A stretch of 64,000 bases of DNA, from assembly GCA_963666975.2 (NCBI GenBank), contig CAXVYR010000004.1, positions 1,888,001 through 1,952,000 of the forward strand, written 5' to 3'. The translations under genes were made by a program, and so were the position numbers. The notes below the pieces were generated by a model. It saw nothing but the letters and a program-made list of their open reading frames with translations, was not told where the DNA came from and did not search any database. This stretch comes from Terriglobia bacterium. GTDB taxonomy: Bacteria; Acidobacteriota; Terriglobia; 2-12-FULL-54-10. Below, piece after piece: positions 17,382 through 28,051 of this stretch (position 1 is its first letter; each line of letters begins with the position of its first letter).

Positions 17382-19673
17382 ATGAATCCGCTTATACCGA
17401 CTGCCAACCGCCGCTTGAACGAGCTGGTGGGCCTGCTGTGGATGACCCTGGCGCTTTTATTGCTTCTGAGCCTGGCATCCTATTCTCCCACCGACGCTTC
17501 TTTCAACGTTGCCTCCAATGTTTCCTCCGGGTCCTCTGCGGTGCACAACCTGGTAGGCACGATAGGCTCCTATACCGCCGACCTGATGTATCAGTTTTTT
17601 GGGGCGGCTTCGTTCCTGTTTCCTCTTTTGTTTGCCGGGCTCGGCTGGCGCTGGTTCCGCAGCCGGTCGATTGGCTCTCCCAGGGCAAAATGCGTGGGGG
17701 CGGTGCTGCTGATCCTTACGCTCGCCTCGGCGCTGGCACTCTTCCCGTATCTCTTGCGCTTGTTCCTGGGCTTTTCTGCCGGTGGCACAGTAGGAATCTT
17801 GCTGGGGGAGAGCCTGCTCAGTTGGCTCAACGGACCGGGCAGCGCAATTTTTCTGGCAGCGGTTTTCACAGTTTCTATATACATTCTCACCACCTTTTCC
17901 GTGGCCCGCACTACCTTCTGGCTACAGGCTCATTTCGGATGGCTGGGCGGCATTTCCAGACGCTGGGCGGCATGGAAACAGGCCCGCATGGAACGCAAAC
18001 AGCTCAAGAAAGCGATGCAGGCTGAAAAACCGCCTGCGCTGGCAAAACGCCTTGCAGCAGCGCTGCGTCCAGCCAAAGCCCCAGCTAAAGCCGGAGAGGA
18101 ACCTGCACGGCTGCCGGCGGGAAAACCGGAAGCGATCCCAGTCAGCCATGTAGAGAGAATCTCAGCGCAGTCAAACGGAAAGAATGGTGGCGCTGTTCGC
18201 ATCTCTCGAACTTATAAACTGCCGGGCACCGGCCTGCTGGACCTTCCTTCCGAATCCCAGGCCCAGGATGAGAAGGACCTCAAGCGTCAAGCTCTGCACC
18301 TGACCATGAAGTGCGAGGAATTTGACGTTCGCGGAGCGGTCACCCAGATCAACCCCGGCCCGGTGGTCACCACCTTTGAGTTCAAGCCGGAAGCCGGGGT
18401 CAAATACAACCGCATCACCAATCTGGTGGAGGACCTATGTCTGGCCATGGAAGCCGAATCCATCCTGATTGAGCGAATCCCGGGCAAGTCCACCGTGGGA
18501 ATTGAGGTGCCCAACCCGCAGCGGGAAATCATCACGCTGCGGGAGATCCTGGAGTCGGAGCCATTCAGCAGTTCCCGCTCGCCCCTCACCGTGGCCCTGG
18601 GCAAGGAGATCAACGGTCGCATCCGCGTGGCGGACCTGGCCTCCATGCCGCATCTGCTCATCGCCGGTTCCACAGGGTCCGGGAAGAGCGTTTCCATCAA
18701 CAACCTGATCGTTTCCCTCCTCTACAGAGCCGCGCCCGACGAGGTCAAATTAATCCTGGTCGACCCCAAACGCCTGGAGCTGGGGCTGTATGAGGGAGTG
18801 CCCCATCTGATGACTCCCATCATTACTGAACCCAAAGTGGCCGCCAACGCCCTGCGCAACGCCGTGCGGGAGATGGAGCGGCGGCTGAAGGTCCTGGCCG
18901 AGGAAGGGGTCCGGAACATCCAGCAGTACAACAAGCTCTTTGAGCGGGAGGAAACCCTCAGCCTGTTTGAGACAGGAGAACAGAAGCGGCGGCTTCCCTA
19001 CATTGTGATCATCATCGATGAGCTGGCCGATCTGATGATGGTCGACTCCAACAAAGTGGAAGTCTCCATCACCCGCCTGGCTCAGATGGCACGGGCCGTG
19101 GGGATTCATCTGGTTTTAGCCACACAGCGGCCCAGCGTGGATGTGATCACCGGCCTGATCAAGGCAAACTTCCCCGCCCGTATCTCATTTCGCGTGGCCA
19201 CCAAAGTGGACTCTCGAACCATCCTGGACTCGAACGGCGCCGAGGCCCTGCTTGGCAAAGGGGACATGCTATTGCTGCCCCCTGGCTCGGGACGCTTGGT
19301 GCGGATCCATGGCCCGCTGATCACGGAGCCGGAGATCGCCCAAGTCGTCGATTTCTGGCGCGCACAGGCCCAGCCCTCCTACGTGGAAGAGTTCTTGAAA
19401 CCTCCCACTTTTGAGGAAGACGGTGAAGAGGAGGGGGGCGAGGGAAAAGACGATCTCTATGAAGACGCCGTCCGGGTAGTGGTGGGGATGGGTAAAGCCT
19501 CGACCTCCACCCTGCAGCGCAGGCTCCGCCTGGGGTATGGGCGCGCCGCCCGTATTTTGGACATCATGGAGAAAGACGGTATCATTGGACCTGCCGACGG
19601 CAGCAGACCCCGCGAGCTGCTGAAACGCCCCGACTGGATCGAAGAAATGGAGCAATACCAGAGCGACTCATAA
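17382..19673 (+). CDS. ftsK: DNA translocase FtsK
   Basis: N-terminal TM domain, GPVVTTFE, HLLIAGSTGSGKS, ATQRPSVDVITG, gamma domain LQRRLRLGYGRAARILD. Confidence 0.96.
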   Translation: MNPLIPTANRRLNELVGLLWMTLALLLLLSLASYSPTDASFNVASNVSSGSSAVHNLVGTIGSYTADLMYQFFGAASFLFPLLFAGLGWRWFRSRSIGSPRAKCVGAVLLILTLASALALFPYLLRLFLGFSAGGTVGILLGESLLSWLNGPGSAIFLAAVFTVSIYILTTFSVARTTFWLQAHFGWLGGISRRWAAWKQARMERKQLKKAMQAEKPPALAKRLAAALRPAKAPAKAGEEPARLPAGKPEAIPVSHVERISAQSNGKNGGAVRISRTYKLPGTGLLDLPSESQAQDEKDLKRQALHLTMKCEEFDVRGAVTQINPGPVVTTFEFKPEAGVKYNRITNLVEDLCLAMEAESILIERIPGKSTVGIEVPNPQREIITLREILESEPFSSSRSPLTVALGKEINGRIRVADLASMPHLLIAGSTGSGKSVSINNLIVSLLYRAAPDEVKLILVDPKRLELGLYEGVPHLMTPIITEPKVAANALRNAVREMERRLKVLAEEGVRNIQQYNKLFEREETLSLFETGEQKRRLPYIVIIIDELADLMMVDSNKVEVSITRLAQMARAVGIHLVLATQRPSVDVITGLIKANFPARISFRVATKVDSRTILDSNGAEALLGKGDMLLLPPGSGRLVRIHGPLITEPEIAQVVDFWRAQAQPSYVEEFLKPPTFEEDGEEEGGEGKDDLYEDAVRVVVGMGKASTSTLQRRLRLGYGRAARILDIMEKDGIIGPADGSRPRELLKRPDWIEEMEQYQSDS

Positions 19674-19720
19674 AGAAGCTCCTCTGCTTTCAGGCGTGTT
19701 CCGCCACACGGCAAGGCTCG

Positions 19721-20620
19721 ATGTTCAAGATACCTTTCACCAAGGCACAAGGGGCCGGAAACGACTTCCTGATTGTGGAAGACACCCCGGAAACCGAGCT
19801 TCCCTCAGCGGCATGGAGGCGGCGAATTTGCGACCGCCACTACGGGGTAGGAGCCGACGGGCTTCTGTGGCTGTCGGTCCCCGGCACCAAAGCGGGGGCG
19901 GATGCGGACCTGAGAATTTTCAACAGCGACGGAGGCGAGGCGGAAGTCTCCGGGAATGGCACCCGTTGCGCCGCCGCCTTTCTCGTCGAGACAGGCCGCT
20001 GCAAAAAACAGTTGGCGATCCACACCGGCGCGGGCCTCAAAAAGCTGACCTTGATCCACCGGAATGAAAACCATTTCGTCTTTGAGATGGCTATGGGCGC
20101 TCCCATCCTGGCAGCCGCTTCGATTCCCTTTCAGCCTCATCCTCCGGCGTCCGTCGCGGAGCCTATCGTAGGATTCCAGTTGCCCTTGCCGTCGGGGCCG
20201 CAAGCGGTGACGGTGACATCCATGGGCAACCCCCACTGCTCGGTCCCGGTGAAGCATTTCGATTGGGACTGGGAAGCGCTCGGCGCCGAGATGGAAGGGC
20301 ACTCTTTTTTCCCCCGCCGCACCAATGTAGAGTTTTACCGCGTGCATTCCCGGCATGAAATTGAGGTCCGCTACTGGGAGCGCGGTGTGGGGCCGACTTT
20401 TTCCTCCGGCACCGGCTCTTGCGCCGCTGCGGCAGCGGCCATTCTCGGACGTCAGGCCGAAAGTCCCGTAACGGTGAAAACGGTGGCGGGAGACCTCCAA
20501 GTACGGTGGGAAAAGGACGGAATCTACTTAACAGGTCCCGCTGAGATCGTTTGCCGGGGAGAGTTCCTTTGCGGGAGAGAGCACTCCGGCGTGCCTGCGG
20601 CAACGCAAACCGTCAGGTGA
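19721..20620 (+). CDS. dapF: Diaminopimelate epimerase
   Basis: FTKAQGAGNDF, GADG, SMGNPHC, ERGVGPTFSSGTG; SGNG/SGTG replace the usual catalytic CGNG/CGTG. Confidence 0.9.
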   Translation: MFKIPFTKAQGAGNDFLIVEDTPETELPSAAWRRRICDRHYGVGADGLLWLSVPGTKAGADADLRIFNSDGGEAEVSGNGTRCAAAFLVETGRCKKQLAIHTGAGLKKLTLIHRNENHFVFEMAMGAPILAAASIPFQPHPPASVAEPIVGFQLPLPSGPQAVTVTSMGNPHCSVPVKHFDWDWEALGAEMEGHSFFPRRTNVEFYRVHSRHEIEVRYWERGVGPTFSSGTGSCAAAAAAILGRQAESPVTVKTVAGDLQVRWEKDGIYLTGPAEIVCRGEFLCGREHSGVPAATQTVR

Positions 20621-20630
20621 GGGAGGCTCC

Positions 20631-21596
20631 TTACTCAGAGGGGACATCGGCCAGCGGCACAGCCGGACCGTCAAAAAATAACTTGGTAAACTGCTCCAGC
20701 CGCTGAATCTCGCTCCGGCTGTGACGCAATGCGGCTATGTACGGAATGAACAGGAATGGGATGAGGCCCAGGCTGAGGGCGATGTTTTTTATTCGGGCTA
20801 CGAGAGAAAAATCTCCGGAGCGCCATTGCAGAATGTAGGGATAGTAGCCCAGGACGACGCCGTAGATGTCGCCCGCCAACTGCAATTGATTGCAATGCTG
20901 GCCCGTGACAAAGCTCCGTCCGGCGCGGATATCCGCCAGGAACTCCTGTTTATTGGTGGCCGGAGAGGCGGTGTAGGTGCGGCCGATGCGCCGCAGGGTG
21001 TGGGAGTCGCTTCCCCCAATGCGCCCGAGCTTTTTTCCCTGGCTCTCCATCTGCCGCAGCAGCCGGGAAATGAACTGATTATGTATCCGCTGCATCGACC
21101 CGTTCTGTTCCTCGAAATTATCGAACAGGTTGAACATCAGCGTAATATAGTCCACTAGCTTGTCGTCGCGGGTAAAGTCGTGGAACAGATGGTTCAAAGC
21201 GTACAGGATGTTCTGGGCGCGCAGGTAGCCGACCAACTCCACCAAATTCCCGCGCAAGGGCTGAATCTCCTTGTGCTGGGCTTCGGTGATGTCATAGACG
21301 CCCACGTGAACGTTGTGGCGCAGCTCGGGCACGTAGGCAGTCACTTCCTCGCCGATGATGATGTCGTCTCCGGGCAGCTGATCGAGCAACTCCAGGCACC
21401 CGTCGATGGAGTCATGGTCGGTAATCGTGACCAGGTTCATTCCCCGGGCGCGCGCCCGGCGATAGACCGCCAGCGGCTTGGAGTAGCTGTCCAGGCACCG
21501 CAGGGTTCGCAGATGCTTGGCTGTCCCGGAGTGCCGCGAGTGCACGTGCAGGTCGGCCCGAAAAAGGGGTGCGCTTGTTGACTGGTTTTCCGCCAC
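20631..21596 (-). CDS. PHP-family metal-dependent phosphoesterase
   Basis: DLHVHSRHS, ITDHD, GGSDSH motifs; C-terminal hydrophobic segment. Confidence 0.82.
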   Translation of the reverse strand: MAENQSTSAPLFRADLHVHSRHSGTAKHLRTLRCLDSYSKPLAVYRRARARGMNLVTITDHDSIDGCLELLDQLPGDDIIIGEEVTAYVPELRHNVHVGVYDITEAQHKEIQPLRGNLVELVGYLRAQNILYALNHLFHDFTRDDKLVDYITLMFNLFDNFEEQNGSMQRIHNQFISRLLRQMESQGKKLGRIGGSDSHTLRRIGRTYTASPATNKQEFLADIRAGRSFVTGQHCNQLQLAGDIYGVVLGYYPYILQWRSGDFSLVARIKNIALSLGLIPFLFIPYIAALRHSRSEIQRLEQFTKLFFDGPAVPLADVPSE

Positions 21597-21714
21597 AACA
21601 ATTCCTCCATACTGATTTGCCTTATGTTAGGCAGGCGCAGGCTTCGATGGCAAGCTTTTTCCGGCGGCTGCAAACGCTGCCGTTTGTTAGAAACTGCTTG
21701 ACTCACGGCTCAAC

Positions 21715-22692
21715 ATGAAGCTTCTTCGCAAACCTCCCGCTCTGCAAAAAGGCGACACCGTCGGCATCCTTGCCCCGGCCAGCCCCGTCCGGCGGGAAAT
21801 GCTCGAACGAGGAACACGGGAACTGGAGCGGATCGGCTACCGCGTTGCATTCGGGAAGGGGATTCTCGACCGCCGGGGATTTTTCGCCGGACAGCATCGC
21901 CAACGCGCCGAAGGCTTCCTGGCACTGCTCGAAAACCCGCGCGTCAAAGCCGTTTTCTGCGCGCGCGGCGGGTACGGCTCAAACTACGTGGTGGAGTTTT
22001 TATCGTCCCGGCCCGTCCTGCGCCGCTTGCAGCGCCATGCTCCCAAGATCGTGATGGGCTATAGTGACGTCACCAGCCTCCTGCTCTTGTTGACCCAGAA
22101 GCTCGGCTGGGTGACGTTCCAGGGACCGATGGCCGCCATCGACATGGCCGCAGGAAAATCCGCCTACGACCAAGCGGTTTTGGAACAGGTTCTTTCCGGC
22201 ACTCGCTCCGGTACTGTCCTGAAATCAGACGCTCGCAGCCTGCGGCTCGGCGTTGCCGAAGGCCGGCTGCTGGGCGGGTGTCTCCCGATGCTGACGGCAA
22301 CGCTGGGAACTCCGCAGGAGATCGACACCCGGGGAACGATCCTGCTGATAGAAGACATCGACGAAAAACCGTTTCGCGTGGATCGCATGCTGTTTCAGTT
22401 GCGACAAGCCGGAAAGTTCCGCCATCTCCGCGGCATTGTCTTCGGCCAGATGCCGGGATGCGGACCAGCCGCTCGCGGGAGGGCCGAATTGCGCGGAGTG
22501 ATCCTGGAAGCTTTGCGAGGCCTGCAAGTGCCCATCGTTTTTGGACTGCGGTTCGGCCACACCACAGGGAAATGCCTTACGCTGCCGCTGGGAACGCGGG
22601 TCCGCCTTTCAGCCGGGAAAACAGTAAGCCTCACCCTGCTGGAACCCGCCGTCGCTCCGCCACGCGGAGCAGGAAAGGGAAAAAGGCAGTGA
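21715..22692 (+). CDS. ldcA: LD-carboxypeptidase (S66 family)
   Basis: RGGYG, GYSDVT, GGCL, IEDIDE, FGH motifs. Confidence 0.9.
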   Translation: MKLLRKPPALQKGDTVGILAPASPVRREMLERGTRELERIGYRVAFGKGILDRRGFFAGQHRQRAEGFLALLENPRVKAVFCARGGYGSNYVVEFLSSRPVLRRLQRHAPKIVMGYSDVTSLLLLLTQKLGWVTFQGPMAAIDMAAGKSAYDQAVLEQVLSGTRSGTVLKSDARSLRLGVAEGRLLGGCLPMLTATLGTPQEIDTRGTILLIEDIDEKPFRVDRMLFQLRQAGKFRHLRGIVFGQMPGCGPAARGRAELRGVILEALRGLQVPIVFGLRFGHTTGKCLTLPLGTRVRLSAGKTVSLTLLEPAVAPPRGAGKGKRQ

Positions 22693-24125
22693 TTCCACCG
22701 GCGCCGGGAGCGCATGTCCATCTGATCGGCATCTGCGGCACAGGCATGGCGGCGCTGGCAGGATTGCTGCAAGAGACGGGGTTCCGTGTGACCGGCTCCG
22801 ACGCAGGCGCCTACCCGCCCATGGCTCCCATGCTGGCTGAAATGGGCATCCCGGTTCTTGAGGGCTACAGTGCCTCTCACCTGGACCCTCCGCCGGAGCT
22901 GGTGGTGATCGGCAACGCCATTTCGCGCGGGAACGAAGAGGTCGAGACGGTGCTCAACAACAAACTGGCCTACGCCTCCATGCCGGAGACGCTGCGCGAG
23001 CTGTTTCTCCGGGAGCGCGAGACGATTGTGGTGGCCGGAACGCACGGCAAGACCACGGTCACTTCGATCCTTTCGTGGATCTTTTATTCGGCAGGCGAAT
23101 CAGCAGGTGCCTCACCCGGCTTTTTGATCGGCGGCCTTCCGCTGAATTTCACACGGGGCTTCAGCCGGGGCAGCGGCCCTCACTTCATCCTGGAAGGGGA
23201 TGAATACGACACGGCTTTTTTTGACAAGGGGCCCAAGTTTCTGCACTACCGGCCGGATGCGGTCCTGCTGACATCGGTGGAATTCGACCATGCAGACATC
23301 TACCGCGACTTGGAGGCCGTCCAGACCGCCTTTGGAAGACTGCTCAATCTGGTCCCGCAGAAAGGTTTTATCGTCGCGCGGGCGGAGAGCGAAACCGTCG
23401 CCGAGTGCCTAGCGAGCGCTCATTGCCCGGTGGAAACCTTTGGATTCGGAGCAGGCGAATGGCAGGCTCACGAAATCCGTTGCGCGGGCGGGACAATGGA
23501 GTTCGCCGCGCGCTACAGGGGAAAGCCTATGGGGCGGCTGTCTACAAAACTATCCGGAGAGATCAATGTGCTGAACCTGCTCGCCGCAACCGCCCTGGCT
23601 TGGCGCTACGACATCACATGGAAAAAAATCAGCGCAGCCGTGGAGACCTTTCGCGGCGTGCGGAGGCGCATGGAATTGGTTGGAGAAGAAAACGGCGTGG
23701 CGGTGATCGATGACTTTGCGCACCACCCCACCGCCATTCGCGAGACGCTGCGCGCGGCGCGCGGACGTTTTCCGGGAAGGCGTTTGTGGGCGCTCGTCGA
23801 GCCCCGCTCGAACACGCTGCGGCGCAACGTCTTCGAGCAGCAACTGGCGGAGGCGCTGGCCGAAGCCGACCGCGTGGTTCTGGCAGAGGTCTACCGCAAG
23901 GAAAAGCTTCCCGAGCAGGAACGGCTGGAACCGGAGAGGATTGCGGAAGTTCTGCGCCGGCGGGAAATTCCGACGTCGGCTGGCGGCTCTCCCGGCGAGA
24001 TCGCGGAATCCATCCTTCCCGAATTGCAGCCGGGGGATGTGGTATTAGTCATGTCGAACGGAGCCTTCGGGGACATTCATCGAAAGCTGCTCCAAGGGCT
24101 GGCCATGAAAACATTGGCAACCTAG
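22689..24125 (+). CDS. mpl: Murein peptide ligase
   Basis: HLIGICGTGM, GNAISRGN, AGTHGKTT, EGDEYDTAFFDK, DDFAHHPTAI, EPRSNT; GTG start overlaps the ldcA stop. Confidence 0.93.
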   Translation: MIPPAPGAHVHLIGICGTGMAALAGLLQETGFRVTGSDAGAYPPMAPMLAEMGIPVLEGYSASHLDPPPELVVIGNAISRGNEEVETVLNNKLAYASMPETLRELFLRERETIVVAGTHGKTTVTSILSWIFYSAGESAGASPGFLIGGLPLNFTRGFSRGSGPHFILEGDEYDTAFFDKGPKFLHYRPDAVLLTSVEFDHADIYRDLEAVQTAFGRLLNLVPQKGFIVARAESETVAECLASAHCPVETFGFGAGEWQAHEIRCAGGTMEFAARYRGKPMGRLSTKLSGEINVLNLLAATALAWRYDITWKKISAAVETFRGVRRRMELVGEENGVAVIDDFAHHPTAIRETLRAARGRFPGRRLWALVEPRSNTLRRNVFEQQLAEALAEADRVVLAEVYRKEKLPEQERLEPERIAEVLRRREIPTSAGGSPGEIAESILPELQPGDVVLVMSNGAFGDIHRKLLQGLAMKTLAT

Positions 24126-24179
24126 AGCGCCAGCAACTGATCCGAGCCGCGGCTCTGAGGGCGAGGCATCATTTCCCGA

Positions 24180-25865
24180 ATGAGAATTTTCTTCACCCCC
24201 ATTCTTTGTTCTCTGCTGGGTTCTCTACTGGCATTCATCCTGTTTTTTGCCGGGTTGGGAGCCGTGGGGCTTTTAGGTCCCGATGAGCCTCGCTACGCCG
24301 ACATTGCGCGGGGAATGCTTCGCTCCGGCGATTATGTTACGCCCCGCCTGTTTGGATCGGCATGGTTTGAGAAGCCGCCTCTTTATTACTGGCTGGCGGC
24401 GCTTGGCTTTCGCCTGGGAGTGAATGAGGTCACCGCCCGGTTGCCCTCCGCCGTTTTTGCCTGCGGGTTTCTGGGCCTTTGGTTCTGGTTCGCCCGCAGA
24501 CGATTCGGCAAACGCGCGGCGACGCTCGCTTGCATCCTGCTGGCCTCAACGACCGGCTGGATCGGCTTTTCGCGCGCGGCTTCGATGGACATGCTGCTGT
24601 CCTCCACCTTGGGCGCAGCCCTTGTGTTTCTCGCTCTCTGGTTCTGGGAAAAGAAGCCGCTCCTGCTATACGGCTTCTGCGCCTCGCTGGGCGTGGCGAC
24701 CCTGGCCAAGGGGCCGCTAGCGGTGGCGCTGGCAGGGTTGGTGGCGCTGGCATACGTGGCAACCGTTGGAGAATGGCAACCACTGAAAAGGCTCCTGTGG
24801 AACCCGGCCTTGCTGGTGTATTTCGGAGTCGCTGCGCCCTGGTATCTGCTGTGCTTCCAGCAAAACGGCTACGGCTTTATCGAGGAATTTTTCCTCCGGC
24901 ACAACTTGCAGCGGTTTACTTCCGCAGCGATCGGCCATCCGCAGCCGTTCTGGTTCTATGTTCCCGTTCTGGCGGCGGGGATTTTCCCCTGGACGCCTTT
25001 GCTGCTCCTGCCGTTGCTGGAAATCGTCCGAAAAGGCCTGCGATCTGTTCTGGCCAACCGGCAGACGGCGTTCCTGTTTTATTGGGTGGCGCTTCCGTTT
25101 GCTTTCTTCTCCATTTCTCGAAACAAACTCCCCGGCTATTTGCTGCCCGTTCTCCCTCCCCTGACCCTGTGGATCGCTCACATTGTGGATAAGAACTGGC
25201 CGGGGCAAGCGGCGGAACCGGCAGACGAAATTCTTTCCGAAAATCCCCGGCAAGACTCTCTCATGGAACAACTCACGCCTTGGCTGGTGGGCCTATCTTC
25301 ATTGCTTCTGCTGGCCATTCCGGTCTTATGTCTGCTTTTGCCGGGATCGCTGGCGGGAGGACTCCGCCAGGCGCTTGCGACCTCGAGCCTGGATCATCTT
25401 GGGGCTGAAATTTGGGAGGGGAGCACACCGTTTCCTGTGTGGCTGATGCTGGTTGGGCTCATCCTGGCGAGTTTTTACCTGCTGCTGCGGCGGCAACTGC
25501 TTGGAGCCGTCTTCGTGGTGCTGCTGGGCGTTGGGCTGGGCACTTTTATCATCGTTGAATATCTCTCGCCTGCCATCAATCGTGCGGCATCCGTGCGGAC
25601 GGTCGCCCAACGCTTGCGGTCACGCGGCATACGCGGCTCAGACCTCGCCGTTTACCGCATCCACCGGAACCACTCCTTAGGGCTCAGCTTTTATATGGAG
25701 CAGGCGCTGCCGGAATGGTCCCCCGAGGGAGGAACGGCAGCGGCCTCGTTCGTGATCGCCCGCCAAGAAGAGCAGCTACCGGAAGGACGCTCTTTGATCC
25801 TTTTCCCCGGCCCCCGGTTGCGCCTCTGGGTTTTGCCAGAGACGCCTCGCCTCGAAAGCCGCTGA
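24180..25865 (+). CDS. ArnT/PMT-family membrane glycosyltransferase
   Basis: PDEPRYADIARGM, FEKPPLYYW, ARLPSA, LAKGP, KLPGYLLP. Confidence 0.88.
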   Translation: MRIFFTPILCSLLGSLLAFILFFAGLGAVGLLGPDEPRYADIARGMLRSGDYVTPRLFGSAWFEKPPLYYWLAALGFRLGVNEVTARLPSAVFACGFLGLWFWFARRRFGKRAATLACILLASTTGWIGFSRAASMDMLLSSTLGAALVFLALWFWEKKPLLLYGFCASLGVATLAKGPLAVALAGLVALAYVATVGEWQPLKRLLWNPALLVYFGVAAPWYLLCFQQNGYGFIEEFFLRHNLQRFTSAAIGHPQPFWFYVPVLAAGIFPWTPLLLLPLLEIVRKGLRSVLANRQTAFLFYWVALPFAFFSISRNKLPGYLLPVLPPLTLWIAHIVDKNWPGQAAEPADEILSENPRQDSLMEQLTPWLVGLSSLLLLAIPVLCLLLPGSLAGGLRQALATSSLDHLGAEIWEGSTPFPVWLMLVGLILASFYLLLRRQLLGAVFVVLLGVGLGTFIIVEYLSPAINRAASVRTVAQRLRSRGIRGSDLAVYRIHRNHSLGLSFYMEQALPEWSPEGGTAAASFVIARQEEQLPEGRSLILFPGPRLRLWVLPETPRLESR

Positions 25866-25928
25866 ACCCTGTTGCAGCACGGGGTTTCAGCACGGGATGA
25901 ACACGCGCCGCAGCTTTGCGGCATATGG

Positions 25929-27224
25929 CTAACGGGACGAGCTCAGGGACTGGGTCGCGCTCACGCGCCAGATTTTCTTGCCGCCGTCATCGGCCACCAG
26001 CAGCGACCCGTCCGCCATCACGGCGACGCCTACCGGCCGGCCGTAAACTTCCGAGGCCGCCTCATTCGAGATGAAGCCGGTGAGGAAATCCTGCATCGGG
26101 CCGCTCGGCTGCCCGTTCTCAAAGGGAATGAACGTCACCTTGTAGCCGACAAACTCGGACCGGTTCCACGATCCATGCAGGCCGACAAAAGCGCCGCCGT
26201 GGTATTGCTCGGGAAACGACGACCCTTCGTAAAAGACCAGCCCCAGCGGCGCCCTGTGGGATCCCAGCGCAAAGTCCGGCGGGATGGCCATAGCCACCAG
26301 ATCGGGCCGCTCGCCTTTCTTGCGCGGTTCTTCATTCTGCCCAAAGTAGGAGTAGGGCCAGCCATAGAAGGAACCGTCCCGCACGCTGGTCAGGTAGTCC
26401 GGCACCAACTGGTCCCCCAGACGGTCCCGCTCGTTCACCACCGTCCACAGCGCGTTCGTCACAGGCTCCCAATCGAGCCCCACCGGGTTGCGGAGGCCGC
26501 TGGCAAAGACGCGCATATCGCTCCCGTCCAAGTTCATCTCCAGAATGGCGGCGCGCCGCGGGTCCTTGGCGTCTTCCCCATCCTCGTCTACGTTGGATCG
26601 AGAGCCGACCGAAATAAACAATTTTGTCCCGTCCGCGTTCGCCACGACGTTGCGCGTATAGTGCCCCCCTGCCGGAAGGTTCAGTATTTTCTCTCCCTTC
26701 GCCGTGATCCGCCTCTGGCCCGGCTGGTAAGGGAAGCGCACAAGCCCGTCCGTGTTGCCTACGTAGAACGTGTCGCCGACCAACTGCATGCCGAACGGCA
26801 TATTCAGGTTCGATACGAAAGTGTCGCGGACCTCGGGACTGCCATCCTGATCGGCATCGCGAAGCAGGGTGATCCGGTTCTTGGATACGCGTCCCGGTGC
26901 GAGCCGCTCCCGGATGGATTCGGCCACCAGCACGTCGCCATTCGGAAGCACATACAACTGGCGCGGATTCTCCAGATCCTCTGCGAAGACGTTTACCTCA
27001 AAACCGGGCAGGGCGGCGGGCATATGCCCCTCCGGCCAGCCGACCACAACGGAACGCTTGCGGACCGATTCCGTGGCAAAGGGCTCAGGCAGGACAAGGC
27101 CCACCGACGGTCCCGCTTCCACCACTGCATTAGCTCCGGAACTGTCACTGGTCTGCGAAGCTGAGTTGCAGGCCACCGCCAGGCAGGCGGCAAGGCTGGC
27201 GAAGAAAGCAAAACGGAATGTCAT
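25929..27224 (-). CDS. Sorbosone/PQQ-dependent sugar dehydrogenase-family lipoprotein
   Basis: LAVAC lipobox; GLRNPVG, NERDRLGD, YGWPYSY, HGSWNR, GRPVGV. Confidence 0.88.
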   Translation of the reverse strand: MTFRFAFFASLAACLAVACNSASQTSDSSGANAVVEAGPSVGLVLPEPFATESVRKRSVVVGWPEGHMPAALPGFEVNVFAEDLENPRQLYVLPNGDVLVAESIRERLAPGRVSKNRITLLRDADQDGSPEVRDTFVSNLNMPFGMQLVGDTFYVGNTDGLVRFPYQPGQRRITAKGEKILNLPAGGHYTRNVVANADGTKLFISVGSRSNVDEDGEDAKDPRRAAILEMNLDGSDMRVFASGLRNPVGLDWEPVTNALWTVVNERDRLGDQLVPDYLTSVRDGSFYGWPYSYFGQNEEPRKKGERPDLVAMAIPPDFALGSHRAPLGLVFYEGSSFPEQYHGGAFVGLHGSWNRSEFVGYKVTFIPFENGQPSGPMQDFLTGFISNEAASEVYGRPVGVAVMADGSLLVADDGGKKIWRVSATQSLSSSR

Positions 27225-27346
27225 TTTGATCTCCCTCTCAAGCGAGTTTAGCTATTATAGAAGTCAAGCGTTAGAAGTCAGCAGCTCAATCAAAAATTTC
27301 ACAAAAGAAGTCCTTCTTCTGACTCCTGTCTCCTGTGCTCTGGCAG

Positions 27347-28051
27347 TCAGAACCCCTCTTCCCTGAGCTTCTCCAGCGTAACGGAAGACTGCTTCGTGGC
27401 TGCCTTCCGAGCCCCGGATGGAATCTCGACGCTCACAAGCAACTTCTCCACGTGCTTGGCCAGGACGTCACACTCAATGTTCAAAGGATCGCCGGGGCGC
27501 AGGTTGCGGAGGGCGGTGTTTTCATAGGTGTGGGGAATAATGGCCACCCCCAGGCGGTTCCCCTCCAGGCGCGCCACCGTCAGGCTGATGCCGTTCAGCG
27601 CAATCGAGCCCTTCCAGACGACATAGCGCTCCAGCTCGCCGGGGACCTCCACCGTCAGCCAGTAGTTCCCGTCCGGCAGCGGATCGAGCGCGGCGAGTTT
27701 GCCCACCCCATCGACGTGCCCCTGCACAACGTGGCCGCCGAAACGGGTGGAAGGCGTCATGGCCCGCTCCAGGTTCACCTGCGAGCCCGTCTTGACCGAC
27801 CCCAGGTCGGTCCTTTCCAAAGTCTCGGGCGAGAGGTCGGCAGCAAACGATTCGGCGGTGATGTCGCGGGCCGTAAGGCAGACGCCGTTGACAGCGACGC
27901 TCTCTCCCTCCCGGAGCTTTCCGCTCTGGTCGTCGGCGACGCCGCCCAAGACGCGGCGGGCGCGAATCACCAGCTTGGCTCCGCCCGAGGGCTCCGCCCC
28001 GCGCTCCAGCGCGGCCACCACGCCCAGCTCCTCAATGATCCCTGTAAACAT
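27347..28051 (-). CDS. ribE: Riboflavin synthase
   Basis: MFTGIIEE, SVAVNGVCLT, NLERA, GGHVVQGHVD. Confidence 0.96.
   Translation of the reverse strand: MFTGIIEELGVVAALERGAEPSGGAKLVIRARRVLGGVADDQSGKLREGESVAVNGVCLTARDITAESFAADLSPETLERTDLGSVKTGSQVNLERAMTPSTRFGGHVVQGHVDGVGKLAALDPLPDGNYWLTVEVPGELERYVVWKGSIALNGISLTVARLEGNRLGVAIIPHTYENTALRNLRPGDPLNIECDVLAKHVEKLLVSVEIPSGARKAATKQSSVTLEKLREEGF

Noticed and set aside
22278-22688. Long N-terminal extension or fusion on Mpl
   Set aside because: It overlaps ldcA; Mpl similarity starts at GTG 22689
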